Shown: piece by piece, positions 1-12,000 of the stretch
How positions within the stretch are numbered: position 1 is the stretch's first letter
How the letters are laid out: each line of letters opens with the position of its first letter
NCBI GenBank assembly: GCA_043228905.1
Contig: JBHGNT010000004.1
Coordinates: 11,470,001 to 11,534,000, forward strand
Source: Azolla caroliniana
Taxonomy: Eukaryota; Plantae; Polypodiophyta
Direction: 5' to 3'
DNA: 64,000 nucleotides
Notes under the pieces: model-generated
Database searches by the model: none
What the model saw: only the letters and a program-made list of their open reading frames with translations
Told to the model about the DNA's origin: nothing
Position numbers and translations under genes: made by a program

Positions 1-2570
1 GAGGCCATGATGCCGAAATACCTCACGCATAACAAGAGCGGCGGTTTCCTCGCTAGTGATGGCTTTAGTACATGGCACAAAATGTGCCATCTTCGTATAT
101 CGATCGACGACGGTTAGGATAGCATCGAACCCCTTCGAGACCAGCAGATCTGTGATAAAATCAAGACAAATAGACTGCCACGGCTTACTTGGAATCGGTA
201 AGGGTTCCAACAAGCCATATGGATGGTGTCGTGGCATCTTTGCTTGGCTGCAAGCATCACAAGTCCGAACGTAGTTGTCGACAAAACGGCGCATGTGGGG
301 CCACCAAAAAGATCGTTGCACTAGCTCCAACGTCTTAGTACTACCGAAATGTCCCGCCATATGAGTGTCGTGACAATGTTGGACGATTTGAAGGCGACAG
401 GAGCAATCGGGGACATGTACGCGCTTTTTAAAGAATAACAAACCATCATGATATTCGAATTGTCGGTAGTCAATACCTGGTTGTTGAGACTGAGAACAGG
501 ATGCCCGAGAAGTATCAATGTGCGCCAGGATGTCTTGAGCAAAACTATCCGTCTTCAAGGTTGCATGTATGTCATCGGTAATCCGTGAATCCATCGGGGT
601 GTGAAAAATCCGCGTCGTGTGCAATCGTGTTGGTCCCAAGATTACTTGCTTTTGATTATCAAATGTTGCATCACCAGGACGAGGTGCAAGATATGAACGT
701 CGTGATAGTGCATCTGCTTTTCCTTGCTGCTTCCCCGGTCGATATGTGATTTTGAAGTCGAAACGCGTGAGGAATTGCGCCCACCGAGCTTGTCGTCGAT
801 TTAGTACGCGAACGTTTTGAAAATAAGCAAGATTTTTATGATCGCTAAAGACAATGACCTGGTGTGGAGAGCCGTCTAAGAAATGCCGCGATTGTACAAA
901 TGAATCCACGATGGCTAATAACTCCTTGTCATGTATTTCGTAGTTGATTTCTGCGACATAGAATTTGCGCGAATGGAAAGCCACCGGATGCAAATCTTCT
1001 TTATCGCCTTGTTGAGAAAGGATGCTACTGAGGGCGAAATCTGATGCGTCGGCCTCCATGATGAATGGTTTGCTTGTATCCACATGAGCTAGAATCGGTG
1101 CTGATGTAAAGGCTTTCTTAAGATGCCGAAAAGCCATATCTGCTTCTATGGACCAAAGAAATGCTTGGCCCTTCTTCGTAAGTTGTGTGAGAGGTAAAAT
1201 AATCTTCGAGTAATCCTGTATAAACTTACGGTAGAAGTTAGCAAAACCTAGAAAACATTGTACATCTCGTATCGACCGTGGAATTTGCCACTCTAGTACA
1301 GTTTGGATTTTAGCTGGATCCATGGCGATGCCCTTTGAGGAGATGACGTAGCCTAGAAATTCCACTTGCTTGCAGTCAAAGCTACATTTTTCTAGCTTGG
1401 CATAAAGACCATTCTCGCGGAGTCGCTTTAGTACTAATAGTACATGAGAATCGTGCTCTTCCTGGGTCTTCGAATAAATCAATAGAGCATCCAGATAAAT
1501 GATCAAACAGATATCCAAGAGGTCTCTGAATATATCATTTGCCATGTGTTGGAAGACTGTGGGTGCATTGGTTAGGCCAAACAGGATAACAGTATACTTG
1601 AAATGCCCATACCGCGTGCGAAAGGCGGTCTTCCACTCATCTCCCTGTCGGATCCACACGAGGTTATACGCTCCTCGTAGGTCGATTTTAGTAAAAAACT
1701 TGGCACCATTAACTCGCTCTAAAAGACTTGATATAAGAGGAAGTGCATACGTATTCCGGATGGTGACTTTATTCAATCCGCGGTAATCAACGACAAGACG
1801 AAGTGAGCCATCTTTCTTCTTGACAAAGAAGATGGGTGCACCGGCCGGAGATTTCGAATGGCGGATGAACCCGCTTGCCAAGTTCTCCTCTATGTAGGCT
1901 CGAAGGACTTCTAACTCGGTGGGTGACAAGTTGTAAATTGGTCCCCATGGTGGCTCGGTTCCTGATTGTAAATCGATGGGACAGTCATAGGGACGGTGAT
2001 GAGGAAGGGTACCGGCTTTTACCTTGTCAAATACATCGGCATAAGGATGATATTTTGATGGAAGTTGTACTGAGGAGTCCTTCTTAATAGTGCTGGAAGG
2101 ATGTACTGATATTGCAAATAGGAACATTGCCTCCTTGGGTCCTTCTTCGCGTAGTTGATGGGGTGAAATGGTCGAAACTTGGTGAGTTGATTCTTGGGGT
2201 GGTCGATATCGGACTTCTCTTGTTCTCCAATCTATGGCTGGATTATGTAATTCAAACCAAGGTAATCCTAGGACAATGGGATGCTCTGGATTACTAATTA
2301 TATTAAATGATATTACACACACAAAACTACCTAGGTCAACTTGAATGGGTTCTAATTCTTCTACAATATTCCTGGAAGCAATGGGATGACCATCAATGAC
2401 TACTACAGATGCGGGACAAGGAAGTTTTCTTAACGATATTTGAGAAGCTTGGGCAAAATTTCGATCCATGAAACAAGAATTAGCTCCAGAATCTAAAAGT
2501 GCTAGGATGGGTACTGGGGGAGTACTTTTAGTACTGACCAACCAAACGACTCCTATTTTGGCTGGACTCA
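1..2570 (-). pseudogene. pol: Degenerate pol (PR-RT-RH-INT) of the Tcn1-like element
   Basis: ALLDSGANSCFMD near 2465-2505; RT core reads IYLDALLIY (YLDD mutated) near 1475-1500; IMEADASDFAL near 1030-1062; no long ORF left. Confidence 0.85.
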
Positions 2571-3724
2571 ATCGTTTAACTCTTCATCTAATTGACTAAG
2601 GATTTCAAATTTATTTGAGATACTTGGGCTATTAGTACTATGAATACTATCAAACACTCTATTAGTACTATTAATACTATCAGACACTCCTAAGGGAAGA
2701 ATTGACTCGGGTTTAGTACAGGCTACAATTTGATTTACCTGTCTTCTTGGCCTATGGGGACAATTGATTGCGATATGCCCTGGTCCACCGCAATAAAGAC
2801 ATAATCGATTTGCACGTCGTCGTTGCTTTTCTTCTTCCGATAACGGGCCGCGTCGACGCATGGTATCGATCTCCATCGGTGTCGAAGTATTTGCTTGAGG
2901 TATGTCTCGTGCAAACAGTCTAGCTGCGACCGCGGCGTAAGTGGGCTCCGGCCTAGTGCGTGGTATCTGTAATTGACGTTCCGAACGCCGTTCGAAGAGG
3001 CGGTGTCACATCGAACCACTCGACTGATTGCCTCCGTAAGAGACTTTGGTTCTTCGGGGAAGGTTAGAAGTAGATCTTTGACATCATTTCGCAGGCCATA
3101 GCGAAACTGCTCCATTAGTGCTTGATCCTCCCAGGGTATGTCGGAAGCGAGTAGGCGGAAATCCGCCGCGTAGGAAGAGGCTGGACGATCGCCTTGTCGC
3201 AATCGCCGGATCTTGTTGATCGCCGTCCTGATGTTGTCAGTGTCTCCAAAGCAGGCTTTGAACTCACTAATAAAATCTTCAAAGTTATTAAGCAAGGGCG
3301 ATTGTTTTTCTAGAAGCGGAGCGAACCATGCTAAGGCTGAGCCACTAAGCAACGTGCCTATTAAGCCAACTCGGGATGCATCAGTGGGGTATCGGGAAGG
3401 ATGCATTTGGAGGACTAATCGCACCTGATTAAGGAATCCCCTGAATTGCGATCGCGTTCCACCAAATTTCACAGGAAGTCCAATCTTCGGCTCTTTATGA
3501 AATCCTTGGGGACTTGATCCTTGTTGTTGCATTGCAGCTTCGAGTTGTTGCACCCGTAACGCTAACTCCCCATGTTGTTGCTGCGTTTGTTGCTTTTCTA
3601 GAGCGATTTGTTGCAGATCCCCTATCAGCCGTTGGTTTTCTTGTTCCAGGGCAACAAACTTTTCTTTTAGGCACTGTAACTCGGAGAAAACGGATTGATA
3701 TTCTTGGGCGCTAACAATAGCCAT
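2568..3724 (-). pseudogene. gag: gag of the Tcn1-like element (frameshifted near 3000)
   Basis: ORF 2735-3796 has a retrotransposon gag fold (KFGGTRSQFRGFL, LRQG, FRYGL). ORF 2568-2876 has MEID and [14 protein letters not shown]. Confidence 0.88.
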
Positions 3725-3798
3725 AGTAGAGGGAAAAGGGTAGGAGGATGAGGGAGAACGACAAGTAGGCTGGAGGAAAGAGGTAAATTGGTTCAAAC

Positions 3799-4222
3799 TG
3801 TCAGGAATAGTACTAAAGCAGAGATGGAATTAGTACTAAGAAGAGTAGTACTATTAGTACTAAGAGGATGGGACTGCGTAATATTCCCGAGAGAGAGGAA
3901 GTGAGAAGAGGAGAGAGAGAGATAAGATGATGACAACAACTCTTATATTATATGAAAGATAAGTACAAATCGGCTAAGAGGCTTAAGACTGGTGTTGAAC
4001 CAATTTGGTTCAACATAATGCCTAGTGCCCTCTTTTATAGTGTTCTCAGGAATAATCCTGAAGCTTCTAGAATGATCCAGAGAGATTTGGAATATACATC
4101 AATTTTCTATGATAAAGCATAAATGAAAATAATATCCTACGTATTACAACTCATAGTCTAATGGTAAGAGCTCGACCCATGTAACATAAGGTCATGGGTT
4201 CGAGTCTTGCCATATCATGACA
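3799..4222 (-). repeat. 5' LTR of the Tcn1-like element (424 bp)
   Basis: Inverted TGTCA/TGACA termini; minus-strand TATAAAAG at 4039-4032; abuts gag leader. Partner LTR is outside the window. Confidence 0.8.
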
Positions 4223-4270
4223 GCAGTGAACATCGGGGAATGGATGACTAGACCAACAAACGACCCAGCT

Positions 4271-4538
4271 ACCGAACGAGCGAGAAGACTAGCTGACAAA
4301 CTGCGGAGGCGGGTGGCCTACTAGCAGGCAATTGAGGAGATCCAATAGGACCAATATTTTTCCGTAATGATTCGGCGGGTCGCGGAGGAGTCACTACGGT
4401 TGCAACTGAACGAGCGAGAAGACTAGCTGACAAACTGCGGAGGCGGGTGGCCTACTAGCAGGCAATTGAGGAGATCCAATAGGACCGATATTTTTCCGTA
4501 ACGATTCGGCGGGTCGCGGAGGAGTCACTACGGTTGCA
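4271..4538. repeat. 134-bp tandem duplication in A' gag
   Basis: GAACGAGCGAGAAGACTAG...CACTACGGTTGCA begins at 4274 and again at 4408. Confidence 0.9.
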
Positions 4539-5954
4539 GAACCAACAATATACCGAAGAAGGCATTAGCCTAAGTAGTTTACGGCAGGCAAAATCGATAC
4601 TGCAAAACCTCGCCAAAGGAGCCGGAGAATTGGAATCCTTTTCCAACTTTGAGTCTGAATCGGACAGCAAGCACAACAATCAGTCGAATTATCGAACCAG
4701 TCACGACACCCGGGACAATCCGGAGGAAGACGGTTCGGAGCACAAATCGACACTTGAAGCAGACAGAAGCTTACCCACACCACTGGGCCATAAAACAAAC
4801 CAAAACCAGCAGTTGGACAAAATGGTCGAGCGTGTATCAACATCACCACCGTATCAGCAATCCGAGGAAAAGAACGATAGCATACGGATGCCACAACCGA
4901 ACCAGAAGGCGGAGAAAGAAGAGGTTCGGAAACCGACACCACCCCCATTAGTACCCTTCGATAACGACACCATGCCATACCCATACCCGAAGTACCAGGA
5001 TGAACTAGACCTAGAGGCTCACGTATATGCTTTTCTATAGACATGGGAAGCGAACCATGTCTTGCAACGGTTGACATTGGAGTGAGCAACAAAAAGCACC
5101 TTCCCGAGAGCCTTGCTGGATAAATTTTTGTGGTTGTTTCATTGAAAGGTGGAGCAAAGAGAGCTAGTTCACCAATTCTATATGGTCTACCAAGAACCCA
5201 ATGAGACAGTCTCACAATTCGTGATCCGTTTCCAGACATTGCACAGCGAACTGACAAGGACACGTTCAGTGGAAGAGACAAAAGCAGTCTTCCTGGACAC
5301 ACTCCGGGAACCGCTACGAACGATGCTAACAGTATTCGACTTGTGGACAAGCACCATTGATGAAGTTGTCGACTGGGTGCTAGAAATGGATAGGGCCCAA
5401 AATAGCAATTACATGGCGATGAGAGCTCTACAACAAGCACTACCTAGAGAAGAAGACTTGCGGTTTTCACAGGCAGTCCAATGTACAATGTGCATCAACC
5501 CTGGTCACTCGACAATAGAATGCACGATGCAGACACAGTGCATGTTGTGCCACTCCTAGTCCCACACCATGGACCGGTGTGAGTACAACCTGTTCAATCA
5601 GTAAGCGGCACCCGTCTGACACATGGAGCCCCTGAGTGAGCAAAAACCGAAAGAGGGACGGTTCCGGAGGGAAGAATGATATCAACCAGAACAAAGGGAC
5701 CGATACTTCGACAAAAGATGAAAGGACTACGACAAAGACTGTAACTACCAAAGAGGGGGGTTCTACAATCAAGAGTGTTACAATCGCAACTACTGTTGTT
5801 GGGGTGGGGGCTGAAACCTAGAATGGCTTCACACCCCTCCCAAGGGGGGGTTAAGTTAGAGTGAGAGCAAGAGAGAAAGAAAAATAGGAAATGACACTAA
5901 ATGGCAACCAAATCGTCACTTGGTCATTTCTGAACTGTGTTGAGGCAATCATTC

Positions 5955-6350
5955 GGTTGCATCTCAGCCACGTCTCGGTTTCTCGGCCATGTCTTGGCCG
6001 TGCGCCTCGGCAACGCGTCTTGGCCGTACTCTCGGCCACGCATCTCATTTGCGCATCTTGGCCGTATTCTTGGCCGCACGTCTTCGCCATATTCTGGGCT
6101 ACGCATCTTGGCCACGCGTCTCGACCGTATTCTGGGCCGTGCATCTTGGCCACGCGTCTCGGCCGTATTCTAGGTCGCACATCTTGGCTGTGGTGACGGT
6201 CATGCGTCTTGGCCGTACTCTCGGCCAGGCATCTCGGCTATATTCTTGGCCTCGCGTCTCGGCTATACTTTTCGTCGCGCGTCTCGGCCGTCGTTTTTCG
6301 GCCATCAGTTGGTCGTACTCTCGGCCGCGTCTTGACCGTCCTCTCGGCCA
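5955..6350. repeat. GC-rich degenerate minisatellite (CGTCTYGGCCG units)
   Basis: Many copies of TCTTGGCC/TCTCGGCC with GTATTC/ACGCG spacers. Confidence 0.85.
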
Positions 6351-6834
6351 TGTTCATTCTGGACTGTTGCCATTTGTTCGGTCGTCTAGGATTTGTTGTT
6401 TTCTAGGTTATGTGGAGACGGCCCTCATGTCTCTCTGTGTCAGTGACTTTGTTTTCCTTTTGTCGGTCATCTCAGCCATGGCCGTCTGTCCGCTGTCTGT
6501 CAGATGTCGACTGTCTAGCGGTTCTCCTCTAGTTGTCCATGGTTGTCTAGCCGGCTCTATTCGAAAACTCTTGGCTATTCGTCGACCATTTGTTTGGTAA
6601 TGGTCATCGCCATCTGTCGCTCTGTTGCTCGGTCTTTTCCGTCGCCTGTTGGTGGTCTGCCTTCGTCTAATTCACCTTCATCCACTAATAACCTTCATCA
6701 TTATCTTCTTTTTTCTAATCATCAGATCTCCATGACGATCATTGCTTTTCTAGTCTCTCTTCACTTTCTCTTCCAGATTCCCCTCGAATAGCACACACCG
6801 ACACACACACTCATATAACTCCTCTTGTCTAGGA

Positions 6835-7090
6835 TAACACCTTCCTGAGAATCGCCATAGCAACTTGGTTGTTCTTCTCTCTAGCAAAGTGGCTAAGAAA
6901 GTTGTTGAATAGTGTAACATGTCGTGTCTAGGGAAGCTTTATGTACAATGGCAATGCGTCATGCATAGCTCTATAGCTCCCATAGAGTATAAGAAGATTG
7001 TAGAGGTCTTTCCCAATGATGAAGTCATGTACATGCTTGCCCAAAACAATGTCTGCACAATTTCTCAATGAAGATGATATTCTTGCATAT
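6835..7090 (-). pseudogene. Captured PLS-class PPR gene fragment
   Basis: Manual translation YARISSSLRNCADIVLGKHVHDFIIGKDLYNLLILYGSYRAMHDALPLYIKLP*TRHVTLFNNFLSHFAREK resembles PPR L/S/P motifs (GKxVH; LIxMY; RxVxxWN). Confidence 0.6.
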
Positions 7091-9026
7091 AAATGGTTAT
7101 ACATAGCAACTTTACCTCAACATCCACTTCATGAAGTGAATGCCTAGTCATCAGGTCAAAAGAAGTGAAAACATATCACTTTGTGATAGTCTTCTTCTTA
7201 TTCTTTGCTATCTTGTCCGAATCTGCTTCCATTCAACCCTTAAGCCTCCATGTCATCATCATCATTTTCTTCTTGGCAAAAGGAACTTCATTTCTATGGC
7301 CTCAGTGTTGAAGGCGACCTTGTGGATGGAAGACGATCTCTCATCAATATCCAACATAAAACTATGCTTAGACTAACGACGTCGCCTAACATGGCTTCTT
7401 GTACCATCATCATCATGATGCCTTGTAGGAGTATGATATCGCTTCTCCTCTTCATCATCATACAGATGTCGATAAGATTTTGCATTACGCTCCTCAACTT
7501 CATCACCATATAATGCTTTATACATTCCACCATGTTTCCATGGATCATTAAGAGCAGTTGCTACTGCTAATGTCTGTTGTGTCATATGATTGATAGGGGG
7601 CAGAAAACAAAAGGAAGAACAGGAGTACCATTAGGCCATAAGCAGCCATGGTGTACATTAGCAATTCTTCTTCTTCTTCTTCTAGATCACACCATGGCAG
7701 CGAAGAAGAGAGCAGAGAGTATCTTGCAGAGGTACACACACACACACACACACACACCATAGAGACGCAAAGAGGGAGAGTGAGGGATTAGTGACAGAGA
7801 GGGAAAGTGAGGATAGACTTCCTCTCAAGGGAGGTCGGCCGTTCAGGTGTGCCAAAAGTGTTCTTGGGGTCGGGGGTGAAACCTAGAACAGGATAGACGG
7901 TACCTAGAACACCAAGGGCTCTGAAACCGCCGCCACCACAACTGTAAGGGAAAGTATCGCTGAGAAGAATGTCGGGAACCGGCTAGAGAATACCGATGGG
8001 AGACGAATACAGGAACAACAGTCCCAACCCCGCAACCGGAGCAACAGATGCCGGATGAATTCCAGTATTAAGTCAGGAACGATGGAGAAAGGAGAATCAA
8101 GTAATAACCAGAGTGTGTACTTCTACCACTACCGAAAGGAAGGACATTATAGTAGCCAGTGCCCAGTCAAACTCATGGAGAAGTAACTGGCGGTAAACAT
8201 GGTGACCGCCAAAGTGACGAAGGTTCAACAAGTCACAAAAAGATCGAAAGGAAAAGTTACCGAGTGGGCCATCAGGAAGCAAGCCACCGAATGGATACAA
8301 AAAGCAAATGAATGAAATGTGACCGAAGTGAAAGAACACATCCAGCCTCCGGAGGAACCAATGTGGAGCATGGATAATGACCCCCCTTGGCAGGCGCTAC
8401 AACAATGTCAGATCATGTTGCCTCTAGGCCACATGTTGCAGTTAGTCCCCAGATTCATGGAAGGACTTAAATCGATAGTAACATCACAAAACTTGGAGGA
8501 AGGAGCGGCACCAACATTCTTTTCCAACCCGGAGGAAGGACCGGCAGTAGTGGACACCAACTATCTGGCAATAACGGTTATCATCAACGGAAAGGAAATA
8601 CCTAGAACAAATGTGGATGGAGGTTCTAGAGTAAATGTGATAAGACAACGAACCCACGACAATCTGGGTATCAGAGAATGGGAATCGTGCCCGTTCTAGC
8701 TGCGTATCGCGGATGCCAGTCCAGTTCAGCCAACTGGACTCATCCGGAACTTGGAGATTACAATCGGGGGGCATGCATTTCTCATATCCGCGGTAATCCT
8801 ACAACTCAATGCACAAGGAGATTATCCCTTGTTGTTAGGGAGACCATGGCTAAGGATGGCACATAAAAAACAAAATTGGCAGAAGAACGTCATTACCTTC
8901 CACAGAGGAAAGACGAAAGTGCAGGTCCCGACCAAACCACGCGCGAGTACTAGTAAGGAGCTGACACCGCTATATGCAGAGAGCATAAACATGTTGGACG
9001 GAGTAGCAGACGACGAAGTCGACCAT

Positions 9027-12000
9027 TGTCGTGATGTTGCGTGTCCAATGGGAGAAATTGTGAAATAGTGTAGTTCCACACACATTACACAAACGATTAT
9101 AAATATGAAAATTATCCTAGGGCCTAGTGGCATTTCAGTGCATATAGAGGGGTGCAAAAAAGATTTGAACCTTGCACCTCCAAGATAGAAGACGTTTATG
9201 TTACCATTAGGGCTACTACCAAGTACTTTAGATGCTATGTATTTCTTTTCATATTCAAAAGGCATAGGAAAACAACCATACAAAACCGTGTGCACAAAAC
9301 TATGTTCCAAGCCCATGGTTTTGTGCATGCCACAAGAAAAACCATGTGCCCAAAAACCATGGGTCGAAGACCATGGTTTTGTGCATGTTAGAAGCATGGA
9401 TAGACCTATAAAAACCCTTGTAAGGCTTGTGTAAAGGGGGTCTCAATATGTGATATCATTATCATCACCATCAATATAATCTTCTTCTTAATATTCTTCT
9501 TGAAATCTATCTTCTTCTTGAGTCTAAAAATCTTTGTTTTGTTTTCAAATGTGACATTGGTTTCCTTGACTGTAACATCCACATCGTCGTCTTTTCGACA
9601 AATTCGTCAACGTCCTCCCTGGTCCGTGGCCCCGGTTGTCCCGCTCAAGTAGCACACATACACGAGCATCTTCGCGACATCATTTAGTGAACCCAACATG
9701 AAGAGCGGCAGGGGAAGATGAAGATGGACGAGGAATATCTCATGGAGGCAATGTCAAAGATGATAATGGAATATTCGAGAGAAGGGAAAAGACGAGATGC
9801 GGCCCAACAAGTCGTCGAAAGCGTGGTCGAGCAAGTCGGCTATTTCAATGGGGGCATAGTCCAAAATTTTCTAGAGACCTACAATGCCGAGATGGATTCG
9901 AGATGTGTCAATGAAGCTATGAGGCTGGAGTACTTTTTTCGGGTAGTGGCTGAACCGAACTACAAAGAGGTAAAAGAGCTTCGAGACGCTCATGATTCGT
10001 GGGTGACTTTCAAGGAGGCTCTATTGGAGGCACATGGCTATGAGATACCGAAGGGACAAAGTTTGTACAAGTTCGACCAATGGGTGTCATCAATGAAGAC
10101 CCACCGGAGTGCCATGGATGTGTTCGTTGAGTTTGAGTGTCGCTTCGCTCAACTCTCAGAGCGGGATCGAAGATTGGTGGGGGTGAATAAAGTTCTACTA
10201 TTTGTAAAGTCAATCGATCGATATGAAAGGAAGGCCATTGGAATCCAACTTGAGGATGACAATGGTGCAAATGGCCTCATTGAGGATTGGGCCCGAGTGG
10301 AAAGGGTATGCCGACAACACGACGAGAGGAAGACGAGATTCTCGTCGACAACAACATGACCCATCAGGGATGTTCAAAGGAGAACGGGATGTGGCAATAC
10401 ACCACCACCGAAGGAAGAAAGCTTGAAGAGATAAGATTCGATACTCAACATAGAAGTCTTTATGAGAGAGGCATTCGAGAACTTAAAGGCGCAAGTTGAG
10501 ACTGAAGAGAAGCTTCAAAAGGAGCAAAAACTGAAGCAGATGGTGATCGGGGAAGAAGAGACCTCTTGACGATTGCGGGTTAATGAAGTGGCCAAGATGA
10601 ATTCCCAAGTTCGGTACCACGATGGTACCACAAGAGAAGGTGTGGAACAAGACACCTTCTTGTCTTGCAAAGAAACAATGACGAAGAGTGAAACCAATGA
10701 ATCGAGGACGGCGAACGCCACTTCAAGCGAGGACAAATGTTTCGATACACGCATCATGTTTGTCGAGTGATGAAGGTGCAAGCATGAGCAAAGCTTGCGT
10801 GATCGAGGGATGTAAAGAGTGTGAGGTCGACATGATTGAGGCGGTAGCCATGAGAAACGACATCGAGTCGCAGATGGCTATGGAAGAGTCCACGGTCGAT
10901 GACCATGTCAAGACTTTCCCAACACTTGATCTAGACAGTTGGATAGTTGCGTCCGAGAGCCAACATGAGACCCAAGAGACGGAATGTGGTGGGGAAGCAA
11001 ATATTGAAGACAATGCAAATAACAACATTGAGACAAAGATGACTATGGATGAGAAGACAGTGACCGATGGTGCCGAGATTCTCCCCACAATTGTTCCTGA
11101 GACTTTGGCAGTTGTGCCCGATTGCCAACGTGAGGCCGGAGAGACGGAAGGTGGGGACAGGAAATTGAAGGACCGAAACGACGATGAGGACGACGAGGTG
11201 AATGGCCACAGATGAAGGGATCCCTCCACACCGGTTCTGGAGAGTTCGGCAGTTGTGTCCGAGTGCCAACATAAGACCAGCGAGATGGAAGGTGACAACA
11301 AAGAGATGAGGGTCGAAGCCAGCACATATGGAGGAACGGTGGCCAAGAAGGAGGCCAAGAACAAAGCGGCAATAGAGTTCAATGAAAAGACAAAGAGTAG
11401 CAAGAAAGGAAGAACCGGAAGACAACCCGGATGGAAGATGACATTGTTGGTATTCCGACCCAACCGAAACCCGAACCCGGACAAAAGCCGTTCGTCTGAG
11501 TCCAATTCGGTCTAATGCAAATCCGGACAAAGGACAACCAAGAGAGAAGTTGATTGGTCGAGACCAATCTAGACAGAAGTTGAGCCGACCTAGCCGTAGG
11601 TTAAAGCAGACGAGCCACGACACCCAGTCGAGGCCAATGAGCATGAGGAAAGGCAAGCATGAGACAAGAAAGGCCGATCGGAGGAAGTCTGATGACCAAG
11701 GAGATTGTTGGGATGAAGGCGGCACAAGTACGATGCATAAAGGGTTACGCTCAATAGTGGCAAAAGGGGCTATGCCAAGTGGTCATGGCAATGCGAAAGG
11801 CGAGCGAATGATATAGTTGATCGGGTGGCAACGATGGTTCAGGTGGAAGGAATGCATGCGCTCAAAATGGAGGACAAACGACAATGCAGTCGAGGCGTAA
11901 GTAAGAAAGAAATCAAAGGCCAACCACCTTTTAGTCCACCACATCACTCTTTTCTTCTTGGCACATGCCGGAGGATGTGCAATTTGGTGGGGGTGGATGT

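Larger units (their letters stand above)
1..4222 (-). mobile_element. Ty3/Gypsy chromovirus (Tcn1/Tf1-sushi-like), 5' part; continues past the left edge
   Basis: 5' LTR 3799-4222 with TGTCA...TGACA ends. Minus strand gives gag, CCHC knuckle, protease LDSGA, RT, RNase H (EADASD) and the integrase start (CDAC...PWQSICLDFITDL). Confidence 0.9.
5794..7889 (-). mobile_element. Non-autonomous LTR element, family B, both LTRs truncated, carrying host-gene fragments
   Basis: 5794-~5900 and ~7859-7889 are reverse complements of the LTR end at 44610-44707. PBS TGGCACACCTGAA and the leader match 44712 onward. Confidence 0.8.
4241..9026 (+). pseudogene. gag: gag-protease remnant of A' (interrupted at 5794-~7889)
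   Basis: MPYPYPKY..EAHVYAFL, CTMCINPGHSTIEC, VDGGSRVNVI and LLLGRPWL all match element A. Confidence 0.85.

Noticed and set aside
5851-6600. Overlapping ORFs on both strands
   Set aside because: Products of a GC-rich minisatellite lacking stop codons.
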